A stretch of DNA of 64,000 nt from the NCBI RefSeq assembly GCF_039654945.1, contig NW_027361679.1, positions 123,938,001 through 124,002,000 on the forward strand, written 5' to 3'. Shown here in pieces: positions 35,779 through 48,308 of the stretch (the first letter of the stretch is position 1; each line of letters begins with the position of its first letter). The DNA is from Dendrobates tinctorius. Lineage: Eukaryota. The notes beneath the pieces are model-generated. The model was not told where the DNA came from, searched no databases, and saw nothing but the letters and a program-made list of their open reading frames with translations. The translations under genes and the position numbers were made by a program.

Positions 35779-36530
35779 CTAGAGAAAAGAAAGCTAGAGA
35801 GATAACATTAATCACAGTCAAACAACAAACAGTTTAACAATACTTTACAGTAACTTAAAATGGATAGGAATGGGGGGAAAAGAACAAAACAAAATATGCC
35901 TTAGCTTAAAATGGAAAGGAACACTACTATAGATATATATATATATATATATGGCCTTAATGATGAGGTGAATAGTAGGACATTCAGATGGCAAACAATT
36001 TTGACAGCATGTATGAAGCAGGTAATGGATGTTCTGTGGCCAGCACCAGCACGTGACCTGGGCTCTGGAGAGGAACACCGAATTGGACAAAAGGAGACAA
36101 TGCATCCGACACACAATACAGAACACCCAGGATTCTGATTGGTGCACTGGCATTATTTCAGTAGGACCATACACGTGTAACAAAGGAAAAGTAAGAATGG
36201 CAGTTTGAAAAAAATACAGTTTATGTAAAAGTGAAACATGTCAGATGTCTGAGACACAAACGTCACAGCTTGCAAATGACCCAACATGCAGCACAAGGTA
36301 GGCTGCTGATTTTTTTATTTTATTTTCTTTGGAGTGAGGGAGCAATTTTAAGATATTCAAGGTCAATTTACAAATACAAACACATTTTCAATGCGATATG
36401 GAGCAAGCAATAACCCCTAAGAAGTGAAGGTAGGTAATGTGTGAAGCTCGGTCACTCAGAAAACTGTTTGCCATCTAAATGAGGAGAAGAATGAAAGATT
36501 GGAAAATAAGATGGATCAGAGTTTATTTAC

Positions 36531-36579
36531 CTCTCGGCCTCTGCTTCTCTGCATCATAAATCATCACAACTTCAGTGAC
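36531..36579 (-). CDS. DAZAP1: DAZAP1 coding exon (approx. exon 6), RRM2
   Basis: Translates VTEVVMIYDAEKQRPR(G). Acceptor tttccag, donor gtaaat, 49 nt, phase 0-1, in frame with the previous exon. Confidence 0.96.
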
Positions 36580-36667
36580 CTGGAAATCAGAAACATTAAT
36601 TATATAATATACTATTTATGGAACAGCGCAAAATTAAGGTTCCAATCTATATATATATAAAACTGAA

Positions 36668-36715
36668 TGTATGTATGTATGTATGTATGTATGTATGTAT
36701 GTATGTATGTATGTA

Positions 36716-36753
<38 letters not shown>

Positions 36754-36755
36754 TA
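36668..36755. repeat. Compound microsatellite (ATGT)n(GT)n
   Basis: Seen directly, about 90 nt upstream of the 49-nt exon acceptor. Confidence 0.95.
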
Positions 36756-37099
36756 TCAACAACCAATCACGAAGCATCTTTCATTTCACCAAAGCTGTTC
36801 AAAAGAAGCTGAGCTGTGATTGGTTGTATGAGCAACAGTTTTCCTTGCAACCAATCACTAAGCAGCTCTCATTTCACCAGAGCTGGTTAAAAGAAGCTGA
36901 GCTGTGATTGGTTGCTATGAGCAAGTTTTCCCACTTGACAACACCTCAGCAGACACTGACATGATGGGAGAAACCTAGCATCCCTGGGAACATAAGCTCC
37001 CAGCCATTGTCTGCCCCCCAGAAAAGAGCAGCGAGCACGGTTTTTGGACGGATCCGTTGCAGCAGCCAGTGTTTGAAATTTAAAGGAACAGAACTCTGG

Positions 37100-37848
37100 A
37101 AAAGGGGAGAGACCCCAGGGTCTCTTAAAGGGATCATTGGTATGGAAGTTAGGGCAAATTCATACTGCGCTTTTAGTACTGACCCCAGGCCTTTCTTAAA
37201 GGGATCACCGGTAAGGAAGTCCAGGCAAATCCATCCAGCCCTTTGGTTCTGACCCCAGGCCTTTCTTAAAGGGATCCCCGTGCATTATGTTACACATAAA
37301 TAACCTATATGACTTTAAACAGTCTTCCCACCTCTTGATGCTCTGGTACTGACCCCAGGCTCTCAAAGTGATCTCCTGTATGGAAGATGGGCAAATCCCT
37401 CAGCGCTCTGATTCTGACCCCAGAGTTCTATTAAAGGGATCATTGGTATGCAAGTAAGGGCAAATCCACTCAGCGCTCTGGTACTGACCCCAGACTGATA
37501 GGATGATGTGGGATATTAGGGGTAGTAGTCCTGTGGCTCTGGCTGATGGGATGATGTGGGATATTAGCAGGAGTAGTCCGGTTGCTCGGGCTGACGGGAT
37601 GATGTGGGATATTAGCAGGAGTAGTCCGGTTGCTCGGGCTGACGGGATGATGTGAGATATTAGGGGTAGTAGTCCGGTGGCTCGGGCTGACGGGATGATG
37701 TGGGATATTAGTGGTAGTAGTCCGGTGGTTCTGGCGGGATGATGTGGGATATTAGGGGTAGTAGCCCGGCGGCTGTGACGGGATGATGTGGGATATTAGT
37801 GGCAAATGTCCGGTGGCTCTGGCTGACGGGATGATGTGGGATATTATA
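37100..37848. repeat. Two adjacent minisatellites: ~55-70-bp unit (ctgaccccagg...aaagggatc) and ~47-bp unit (gggatgatgtgggatattag...ggctgac)
   Basis: Degenerate tandem copies ending near the N-gap at 37874. Confidence 0.85.
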
Positions 37849-38366
37849 GTGAATGTGGCTATGCAGAGTGGGTNNNNNNNNNNNNNNNNNNNNNNNNNNN
37901 NNNNNNNNNNNNNNNNNNNNNNNNNNNNNNNNNNNNNNNNNNNNNNNNNNNNNNNNNNNNNNNNNNNNNNNNNNNNNNNNNNNNNNNNNNNNNNNNNNNN
38001 NNNNNNNNNNNNNNNNNNNNNNNNNNNNNNNNNNNNNNNNNNNNNNNNNNNNNNNNNNNNACTAGCCGTAGTTAGTTAACTATGCCCGGGAGGCGCTGGG
38101 CTCTTCAGCTGGTTGGTATATAAAGAGAAGTTTGTCTCCTCCATAAGATCACATGCAGTTGTGTTTAAAAGTGTTTGCCCCCTTCCTGATTTCCTATTCT
38201 TTTGCATATTTGCCACACTTAACCCCTTAATGACTGCCAATACGCCTTTTAACGGCAGCAGTTAAGGGTACTCATGCCTCAGCGACGCTTTTTAACTGCG
38301 CTGAGAAATAAGTGTATAGCGCCCCCTAGAGTTTAAATTTCTCCAGGGTCTCAGCTACCAGGGGTA

Positions 38367-38780
38367 CTTATCTGCCCTGTTGAGGGCCCATTCAACTAGG
38401 GCTATAGCTACTTCATGGGCTGAGAAAGGGGGGCTTCAGTAGATCAGATTTGCAGGACCGCAACTTGGTCTAGTCTGAATACCTTCTCGAAACATTATAA
38501 ACTAGACGTAGTCTCAGGGCAACTAGCCTTCGGTAGGAAGGTTCTTCATGCAGTGGTCCCGCCCTAGATAGTCATACTTTGGTATTCTTCATGGTGCGGT
38601 CAGGATTGGTGAACTGGAAAGCGATAATTAGACCTACCAGTAATTGTATTTCCAGGAACCCATCCTGACAGAACTACTAGTTCCCTCCCTTCTGAGAAAA
38701 TTCTATACTAATGTAACGTTTGTATAAAGAATGTCTAATAAAATTTTTAGTTGCATCAATCCAGATGTGGTACTTTGGAA
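38367..38780 (+). mobile_element. DIRS 3' fragment (YR C-terminus and ICR)
   Basis: AHSTRAIATSWAEKG...ATWSSLNTFSKHYKLDV...VVPP*, then ICR catggtgcggtcaggattggtgaactggaaa matching the terminus at 50721-50751. Confidence 0.88.
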
Positions 38781-39185
38781 ATCAAGGTCCCAGTGTCTGG
38801 AGGAAGAGTGGAGAGGCACACAATCCAAGCTGCTTGAGGTTTAGTGTGAAGTCTCCACAATCAGTGATGGTTTGAGGAGCCATGTCATCTGCTGGTGTAG
38901 GTCCACTGTGATTTATCAAGATCAAAATCAGCGCAGCAGTCTACCAGGAAATTTTAGAGCACTTCATGCTTCACTCTGCCGACAAGCTTTTTGGAGATTG
39001 AAATTTCATTCTCCAGCAGGACTTGGCACCTGTCCACACCACCAAAAGTACCAATACCTGGTTCACAAACTATCACTGTGCTTTATTGGCTAGTAAACTC
39101 ACCTGACCTTAACCCCATAGAGAATCTATAGGGTAGTATCAAGAGGAAGATGAGAGACATCAGACCCAACAATGCAGACAAGCTG

Positions 39186-39443
39186 AATCATAGAATCAGA
39201 GTTGGAAGGGACCTCCTGGGCCACCTGGTCCAACCCCCTGCTCAAAGCAGGATTCGCTAAATCATCCCAGTCTGATGTCTGTCCAGCCTCTGTTTGAAGA
39301 CTTCCATTGAAGGAGAACTCACCACTTCTCGTGGCAGCTTGTTCCACTCATTGATCACTCTAACAGTCAAAAAGTTTTTTCTAATATCTAATCTGTGTCT
39401 CCTCCCACTCAGTTTCATCCCATTGCTTCTAGTCTTTCCTGTC
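39186..39443 (-). mobile_element. CR1 LINE 3' fragment
   Basis: GKTRSNGMKL...RKNFLTVRVINEWNKLPREVVSSPSMEVFKQRLD, with ATTCTATGATT-type 3' end. Confidence 0.9.
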
Positions 39444-40534
39444 AAAACAACCTGGGCTTCCATAACACCTCAGCAGTGCCACAGGCTGATCACCTCCATG
39501 ACATGCCGCATTGATGCAGTAATTGATGCCAAAGGAGCCCCGACCAAGTATTGAGTGCCTTTGCTGAATATACATTTCAGTAAGCCAACAATTCGGATTT
39601 TAAAATAATTTTTTCAAGCTGGTGGGTGTTATAAAGTATTTTAATTTACAGAGATAATGACTTTTGGGTTTTCATTGGCTGTAAGCTATAATCATCAACA
39701 TTAACAGAAATAAACACTTGAAATAGATCACTCTGTTTGAAAAGACTATATAATATATGATATTTATATTAACACAGTCTGGTTATAATGAAGGCAAACA
39801 TCCAAATACAGGAATCTTACACACGAACGCAAAAATGAATGGAGAAAAAGGATGACTGAAGTAAAAAAAATAGTACCAAAGAATCTTTATTATGAATAAA
39901 AAAAATGTTTTGTATCTATTAAAAATCACATCAAGAAATGAGAAGCACAAATCAAAGGATACGGATCAAGGGACATAAGGTAAATACCTCAATTTTTTTG
40001 CACAAAATATAGACAAAAAAAATGTGTAATTATGTTCTTAAAATCCACAAAAATATTAGTGTAAAGACAATGCTATTTTAAAGTGCTGAATGCACAAATA
40101 GGGTCAAAAGATACAAAAATGCAAAAAACAATTGCAAAAAAAGTTGCAGCGCACAATGGAACATGTAGAGTGTCACCTGTTTTAGTCAGAATGATAATAT
40201 AGCACACAGTGTAGTGCAAAGACCACTATGAAGTGATCCCAAATGCGAGCCTACGGTGCAACAGTGCATTGTAATGGACTCTAAATGGTGCTATGTGCGC
40301 ATAGGTTTGCTGCAAGAAAAGTCAAGGACATATGGATGGAACGCAAGCGTTCCAGCGCGGTGACCGGAAGTAATTTCTTCACTTCCGGGCGAGTGTCAGC
40401 GGTGCAGAAGCGCTGGTTCACTGCCCACCAATGAATTGACACAGAACATTTAGGATCTCACTACCCACCAATGAATTGGCACATACATTCAGGACCTCAT
40501 ATATAAGGGACCATGTTAAACCAGGTTGGTTACG

Positions 40535-40575
40535 CCCCCATAGAGGAAGCAATAGCGAAACGGCGATGTCGGGGT
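40535..40575 (+). ncRNA. Minimal type I hammerhead ribozyme-like motif (variant or degenerate core)
   Basis: CCCC-A-TAGAGGA-A-GC-AATA-GC-GAAAC-GGCGAT-GTC-GGGG. Stem I CCCC/GGGG, GAAAC box and GUC triplet are present, but CUGANGA reads UAGAGGA. Confidence 0.5.
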
Positions 40576-41090
40576 TAGGACACGGCTCTGGTGGGACCAT
40601 TACTGCGCTGCACTTCAGGGAATTAACTTTTTCATAGCAATCCTGTTGCTTTATTCATCCATATGTCCATGGCTTTTCTTGCAGTAAACCCATGCATATA
40701 TAGCACCATTTAGAGTCAATTACATGCATTGTTGCACTTTAGGCTCGCATTTGGGATCACTTCACATTGGTCTTTGCACTACACTGTGTGCTATATCATT
40801 CTGACTAAAAGAGGACACTCTACATGTTCAATCGCACGCTGCAACTTTTTTCGCAATTTTTTTTGCATTTTTGTATCTTTTGACCCCATTTGTGCATTCA
40901 AGACTTTAAAATAGCATTTTCTTTACACCAATATTTTTGTGGGTTTTAAGAACATAATTACACTTTTTTTGTCTATAGTTTGTGCAAAAAAAATTGAGGT
41001 ATTTACCTTATGTCCCTTGATCTGTGGTTCTCATTTCTTGATGTGATTTTTAACGGATACAAAATTTTTTTTTTTATTCATAATAAAGAT

Positions 41091-42088
41091 AATCTCGCCT
41101 CCTTACTGACTGACATCCCACAATTTCTGTCTGCTATCTCAGCCGCCTTCTCTGCTCACTTTCTCAAACTGAACAGGGACAAAACAGAATTCATCATCTT
41201 TCCCCCACCAGACCTATCCATCAATGTCAACGGCTGCTCTCTTTCCCCAGTGCCGCATGCCCGGTGCCTTGGGGTGATCCTCGACTCTGCGCTCTTTCAA
41301 ACCACATATCCAAGCCCTCGCCTCCTTCTGCCGCCTCAAACTCAAAAATATTTCCCGGATCCGCTCACTCCTCAACCACAAAAACACTAGTGCACGCTCT
41401 TATCTCCCGCCTCGACTACTGCAATCTCCTACTCTCTGGCCTCCACTCTAGCACTGCTTCAGTCCATCCTACACTCTGCTGCCCGACTAATCCACCTGTC
41501 TCCCCGCTATTCCCCAGCCTCCCCCCTATGCCAGGCCCTTCACTGGCTTCCTATAGCCCAGAGGATCCAATTCAAAACCCTAACCATGACATACAAAGCC
41601 ATCCACAACCTGTCTCCTCCATACATCTGTGATATGGTCTCTAGGTACCTACCCGCACGTAACCTTCGATCGTCCCAAGATCTCCTTCTCTACTCCCCCC
41701 CTTATCTCTTCTTCCCATAACCGCATACAAGACTTCTCCCGTGCTTCCCCCATACTCTGGAACTCCCTACCGCAACACATCAGACTCTCACCATCAACGG
41801 AAATCTTCAAGAAGAACCTGAAGACCCACCTGTTCCGACAAGCCTACAGCCTGCAATGATCCTCGGTCTACAGAACCACCGCACGACCTGCTCTACCCTC
41901 TCCTACTGTATCCTCACTCATCCCTGTAGACTGAGCCCTCGCGGGCAGGGTCCCCTCTCCTTATGTACTTGTGTGTCCCTTGTCTTACACTTATTACTCT
42001 TGAATATATTACACTTGTCTATATTTCCCCTTTTCACATGTAAAGCGCCATGGAATAAATGGCGCTATATAAATGCATAATAAATAAT
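41091..42088 (+). mobile_element. L2 LINE 3' fragment
   Basis: LKLNRDKTEFIIF, ARCLGVILDS, LVHALISRLDYCN, LWNSLPQHIR...FKKNLKTHLF, with tail GGCGCTATATAAATGCATAATAAATAAT. Confidence 0.92.
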
Positions 42089-43748
42089 CTTTGGTACTAA
42101 TTTTTGCTTCAGTCATCCTTTTTCTCCATTCATATTTTGGAGTTTGTATGTAAGATTTATATATGAGTTTTACTTTATATATTGAAGAACTGAAATAAAT
42201 TAACTTTTTGATATTCTAATTTTGTGAGATGCACCTGTAGCTCTAGAGACCCTAGCTATCCAGGGGTGAATGGATAGGGGAGAGTCAAAAAATACACTAA
42301 GGACCCGAGATCTGTACCCTCAGAGTACATGGTCAAAGGTTCTTCTTGAAACCCGTCTGCAGGAAATCAAGAATCTTAGGGATGTCCAGGAGGGACGTAT
42401 CTACCGCTGTTTCTCCGCAATAAATGCAGAAGCGCTTCCAGATCTTGTTGTATATAGCAGAAGTCACAGGCTTTCTGCTTGCTTGAAGGGTAGTAATTAC
42501 TTCGTCGGACAATCCTTTTGACTTCAGGACCTACCCTCTCAGAATCTATGCTGAGAGTTGAAGACTGTCTGGGTTGTGGTGGAGAACTGGGCTCTGGTGG
42601 AGATCTTTTCTTCTTCAGAGGATGAGGTCTTCTTCCGTCAATTTCCTCAGTAGAGGGAACCAACTCCTCTTCGGCCAGAAAGGCACCCCAAGGCAATCTT
42701 CGCTCTTTCCTCCTTTACCTTCCTGAGAACCCTCGGGACCAGAGGAAGAGGGGTAAATGCATAAGACAGCCCCTCTCCCCATGGCTGGGACAGTGCGTCG
42801 ACTCCTGCTGAACGATCTAGGGGGTTTAGGGAGAAGAATCTTCTGACCTTCGCATTCTCTCTGGCAGCGAAGAGATCCACTCGTGGCACCCCCCCAGCAC
42901 TGACACAGCATACTGAACACTTCCTCGTTCAGCTCCCACTCCGTGGGACATAACTTTTGTCTGCTCAAAAAGTCTGCCACCTGGTTTCTGAATCCCTCCA
43001 GGTGTACTGCAGAAACGGATAGGACCATTGCCTCTGCCCATCTGAAGATCTTCTTGGACAGATATGGTAGTGCAGGATGTTGTGGTCCCCCTTGATGACG
43101 TAGGAATGCCACCGCCATCATGTTGTCGGACAGGATCTTTATGTGTCTGCCCCTGACCATCGACTGGACCTGCAGTAGTACTTTCCATACCGCATACAGC
43201 TCCCTGAAATTCAAGGACCTGGATCCCATCTCTGGACTCGTTTCTCCATGGAAATATCGCTCCTCCACATGACCGTCCCAGACTAGCTGACTTGTGTCGG
43301 TGGTGATCATGACTCCCTGGAAGAGAATCCATGGAACTCCTGCCTGGGGGTTTTCTGGAGTGGTCCACCAACTTAAGGTTTCCCTTACCGGGAGGGATGG
43401 GGCATCACTTTGTCCAGCAACAGTTGACTTTTGTCCCAGGGGGATAGAACCGCACCCTGAACCTCCCAAGAGTGGAACTGACTCCACCGTACGCAGGGGA
43501 TAGAAGATGTCATTAGTTCCAAGATTCTCATAGCTTCTCTGAAGGGAGCAGCTGCTTCCTGTAAACTGGTGGAGTCTTTCTACCATAGCGTGTTTTTCTT
43601 CTGGCAAAAAAGATGATGTTCTCAGTCAGGAGTAGGACCCATAGGAATTTCTTCCTGGGTTCTGGGACCAGGTCTGACTTCTCCCAATTTATGACCCATC
43701 ACAGGCTTCTGAAGCCTGGACATCGAGATCTGGCAATGGTCCCTTAGC

Positions 43749-43930
43749 CAGGGCTGTGGAGTCGGTGCTCATTTTGGTGGAGTTGGAGTCGGTATAAAAT
43801 GGACCGACTCAGACTCCTAAAATATATAATAAATTGGGTACAGTAGTTCAATGCAGAATATGCTGAATATTTTTTCATAGGAATTTGGGAAAGTTATGAA
43901 ATGTCCTATAAATGACTGTTCTATTCCTGA
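43749..43930. mobile_element. hAT-type MITE left end
   Basis: Terminus CAGGGCTGTGGAGTCGG with GGAGTCGG subterminal repeats. Right end not seen. Confidence 0.55.
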
Positions 43931-44548
43931 TCTAAGGCTACATTCACACAGCGTTTTTCCTGAGTTTTTTGAGGATACGTTTTTCAGTTGCAAAAGCAGA
44001 TCAACTTTTTAAAAAAAAAAAAAACCGCATCACCTGAAAGGTTTTTGAGCTCATAGATAATGTTTTCAATAGCAAAAGCAGATTAGAAATCTGCTCTATC
44101 TATATATCCATATCTGTCTATCCATATCATATCTATACCAAAAAGAATGAAAGCCGGATAGCACACGGACTAACACTTTTTTTTTTAGCACCAGTCAGGT
44201 ACACCTCATAGCTGCCCAAAAGGACGCCCAGGACAGGCATTGCTCGTCTTCAGTAACATCAACTGATAGTTGGAATAAATAGACTGCATTCATCACCACA
44301 TCTTCTTAAGGTGCAGTCTTTATTTTCAAGTGTAGGGGTGTGAAGTATGAGGTTCTGCAGCAGCTGAGGTGTGTAGTATGAAATTCTGTGGAACAGTATG
44401 AGATTCTGCCCCCCCCCNNNNNNNNNNNNNNNNNNNNNNNNNNNNNNNNNNNNNNNNNNNNNNNNNNNNNNNNNNNNNNNNNNNNNNNNNNNNNNNNNNN
44501 NNNNNNNNNNNNNNNNNNNNNNNNNNNNNNNNNNNNNNNNNNNNNNNN

Positions 44549-46099
<1,551 letters not shown>

Positions 46100-46237
46100 N
46101 NNNNNNNNNNNNNNNNNNNNNNNNNNNNNNNNNNNNNNNNNNNNNNNNNNNNNNNNNNNNNNNNNNNNNNNNNNNNNNNNNNNNNNNNNNNNNNNNNNNN
46201 NNNNNNNNNNNNNNNNNNNNNNNNNNNNNNNNNNNNN

Positions 46238-48308
46238 AAGTTTGGACACCTTCTCAAAGCATTTTCTTTATTTTCAAGACTATGAAAATTGTAGATTCAC
46301 TCTGAAGGCATCAAAACTATGAATTAACACATGTGGAATTATATAACTAACAAAAAAGTGTGAAACAACTGAAAATACTGTATGTCTTATATTCTAGGTT
46401 CTTCAAAGTAGCCACCTTTTGCTTTGATTTCTGCTTTGCACACTCTTGGCATTCTCTTGATGAGCTTCAAGAGGTAGTCACCGGCAATGGTTTTCACTTC
46501 ACAGGTGTGCCCTGTCAGGTTTAATAAGTGGGATTTCTTGCCTTATAAATGAGGTCGGGACCATCAGTTGTGTTGTGCAGAAGTCTGGTGGATACACAGG
46601 TGATAGTCCTACTGAATAGACTGTTAGAATTTGTAATATGGCAAGAAAAAAGCAGCTGAGTAAAGAAAAACGAGTGGCCATCATTACTTTAAGAAATGAA
46701 GGTTAGTCAATCCGAAAAATTGTGAAAACTTTGAAAGTGTCCCCAAGTGCATTGGCAAAAACCATCAAGCACTACAAAGAAACTGGCTCACATGAGGACC
46801 GCCCCAGGAAAGGAAGACCAAGAGTCACCTCTGCTGCGGAGGATAAGTTCATCCGAGTCACCAGCCTCAGAAATCGCAGGTTAACAGCAGCTCAGAATAG
46901 AGACCAGGTCAATGCCACACAGAGTTCTAGCAGCAGACACATCTCTACAACAACTGTTAAGAGGAGACTTTGTGCAGCAGGCCTTCATGGTAAAATAGCT
47001 GCTAGGAAACCACTGCTAAGGACAGGCCACAAGCAGAAGAGACTTGTTTGGGCTAGAGAACACAAGGAATGGACATTAGACCAGTGGAAATCTGTGCTTT
47101 GTTCTGATGAGTCCAAATTTGAGATCTTTGGTTCCAACCACCATGTCTTTGTGTGACGTAGAAAAGGTGAACGGATGGACTCTACATGCCTGGTTCCCAC
47201 CGTGAAGCATGAAGGAGGAGGTGTGATGGTGTGGGGGTGCTCTGCTGGTGACACTGTTGGGGATTTATTCAAAATTGAAGGCATACTGAACCAGCATGGC
47301 TACCACAGCATCTTGCAGCGGCATGCCATTCCATCCGGTTTGTGTTTAGTTGGACCATCATTTATTTTTCAACAGGACAATGTCCTCAAACACACCTCCA
47401 GGCTGTGTAAGGGCTACTTGACCAAGAAGGAGAGTGATGGGGTGCTACGCCAGATGAGCTGGCCTCCACAGTCACCAGACCTGAACCCAAATCGAGATGG
47501 TTTGGGGTGAGCTGGACGGCAGAGTGAAGGCAAAAGGGCCAACAAGTGCTAAGCATCTCTGGGAACTCCTTCAAGACTGTTGGAAGACCATTTGGAATGC
47601 ACTTCCCAGGTCAATACGATTAGTCCCCAATCCCCACAATTTTAAGCGTGTCCTGAAAACGCATTTATTCAGACTGGCCTACCACCCCAACACATTAACC
47701 TAATCTATCCCTGTGTGGCAGAGCCAAAAGTTTTACCATAACCAGGTTCCCCGCATCATGTTCCCACATGCTTTATGCCTCCATTAGCCCTCTGTGTCTG
47801 TACTGTTACACACTTAACATTATGACTGGTCCATACAATCAGGGTAACTGTTACCACCCACCTTTCGTGTCTCCCTCTTTCCTCATAGACTGTAAGCTTG
47901 CGAGCAGGGCCCTCTTTCCTCTTGGTATTTGTAATAATCTACTGTATGTGATTATTGTTATGCTGTAATGTCTATTGTCTGTACAAATCCCCTCTGAAAT
48001 GTAAAGTGCTGCGGAATATGTCGGCGCTATAAAAATAAAATTTATTATTATTATTATTTCTGGTGACTACCACTTGAAGCTCATCAAGAGAATGCCAAGA
48101 GTGTGCAAAGCAGTAATCAAAGCAAAAGGTGACTACTTTGAAGAATCTAGAATATAAGACATATTTTCAGTTGTTTCACACTTTAATTTTATAATTCCAC
48201 ATGTGTTAATTGTTTTGATGCCTTCAGAATGAATCTACAATTTTCATAGTCATGAAAATAAAGAAAACTATTTGAATGAGAAGGTGTGTCCAAACTTTGG
48301 TCTGTACC
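46238..48308 (+). mobile_element. Tc1 transposon with disrupted transposase (46638-48155) and L2 3' fragment at 47592-48058
   Basis: MARKKQLSKEKR...GRPR...SDESKFEIFGS...QQDN...WPPQSPDLNP, ~200-bp inverted ends, L2 tail (TTA)n. Confidence 0.9.

Larger units (their letters stand above)
39813..42157. mobile_element. Penelope-like pseudo-LTR with inverted partial copy
   Basis: ~530-bp inverted arms (39813-40341 versus 40654-41090 plus 42087-42157) around a spacer holding a hammerhead-like motif. Confidence 0.65.
38775..42237 (+). mobile_element. Tc1 transposon 3' half, interrupted by CR1, Penelope and L2
   Basis: Degenerate FGNQGP.VW, QQDLAP.HT and [10 protein letters not shown] motifs. Ends CTAATTTTGTGAGATGCACCTG-TA. 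Confidence 0.82.

Noticed and set aside
37500-37848. ~47-bp repeat with ATGATG...CTGA as a C/D snoRNA cluster or CRISPR array
   Set aside because: The C box is imperfect, it is antisense to the host gene, units are short with no unique spacers, and the context is eukaryotic. It is an ordinary minisatellite.
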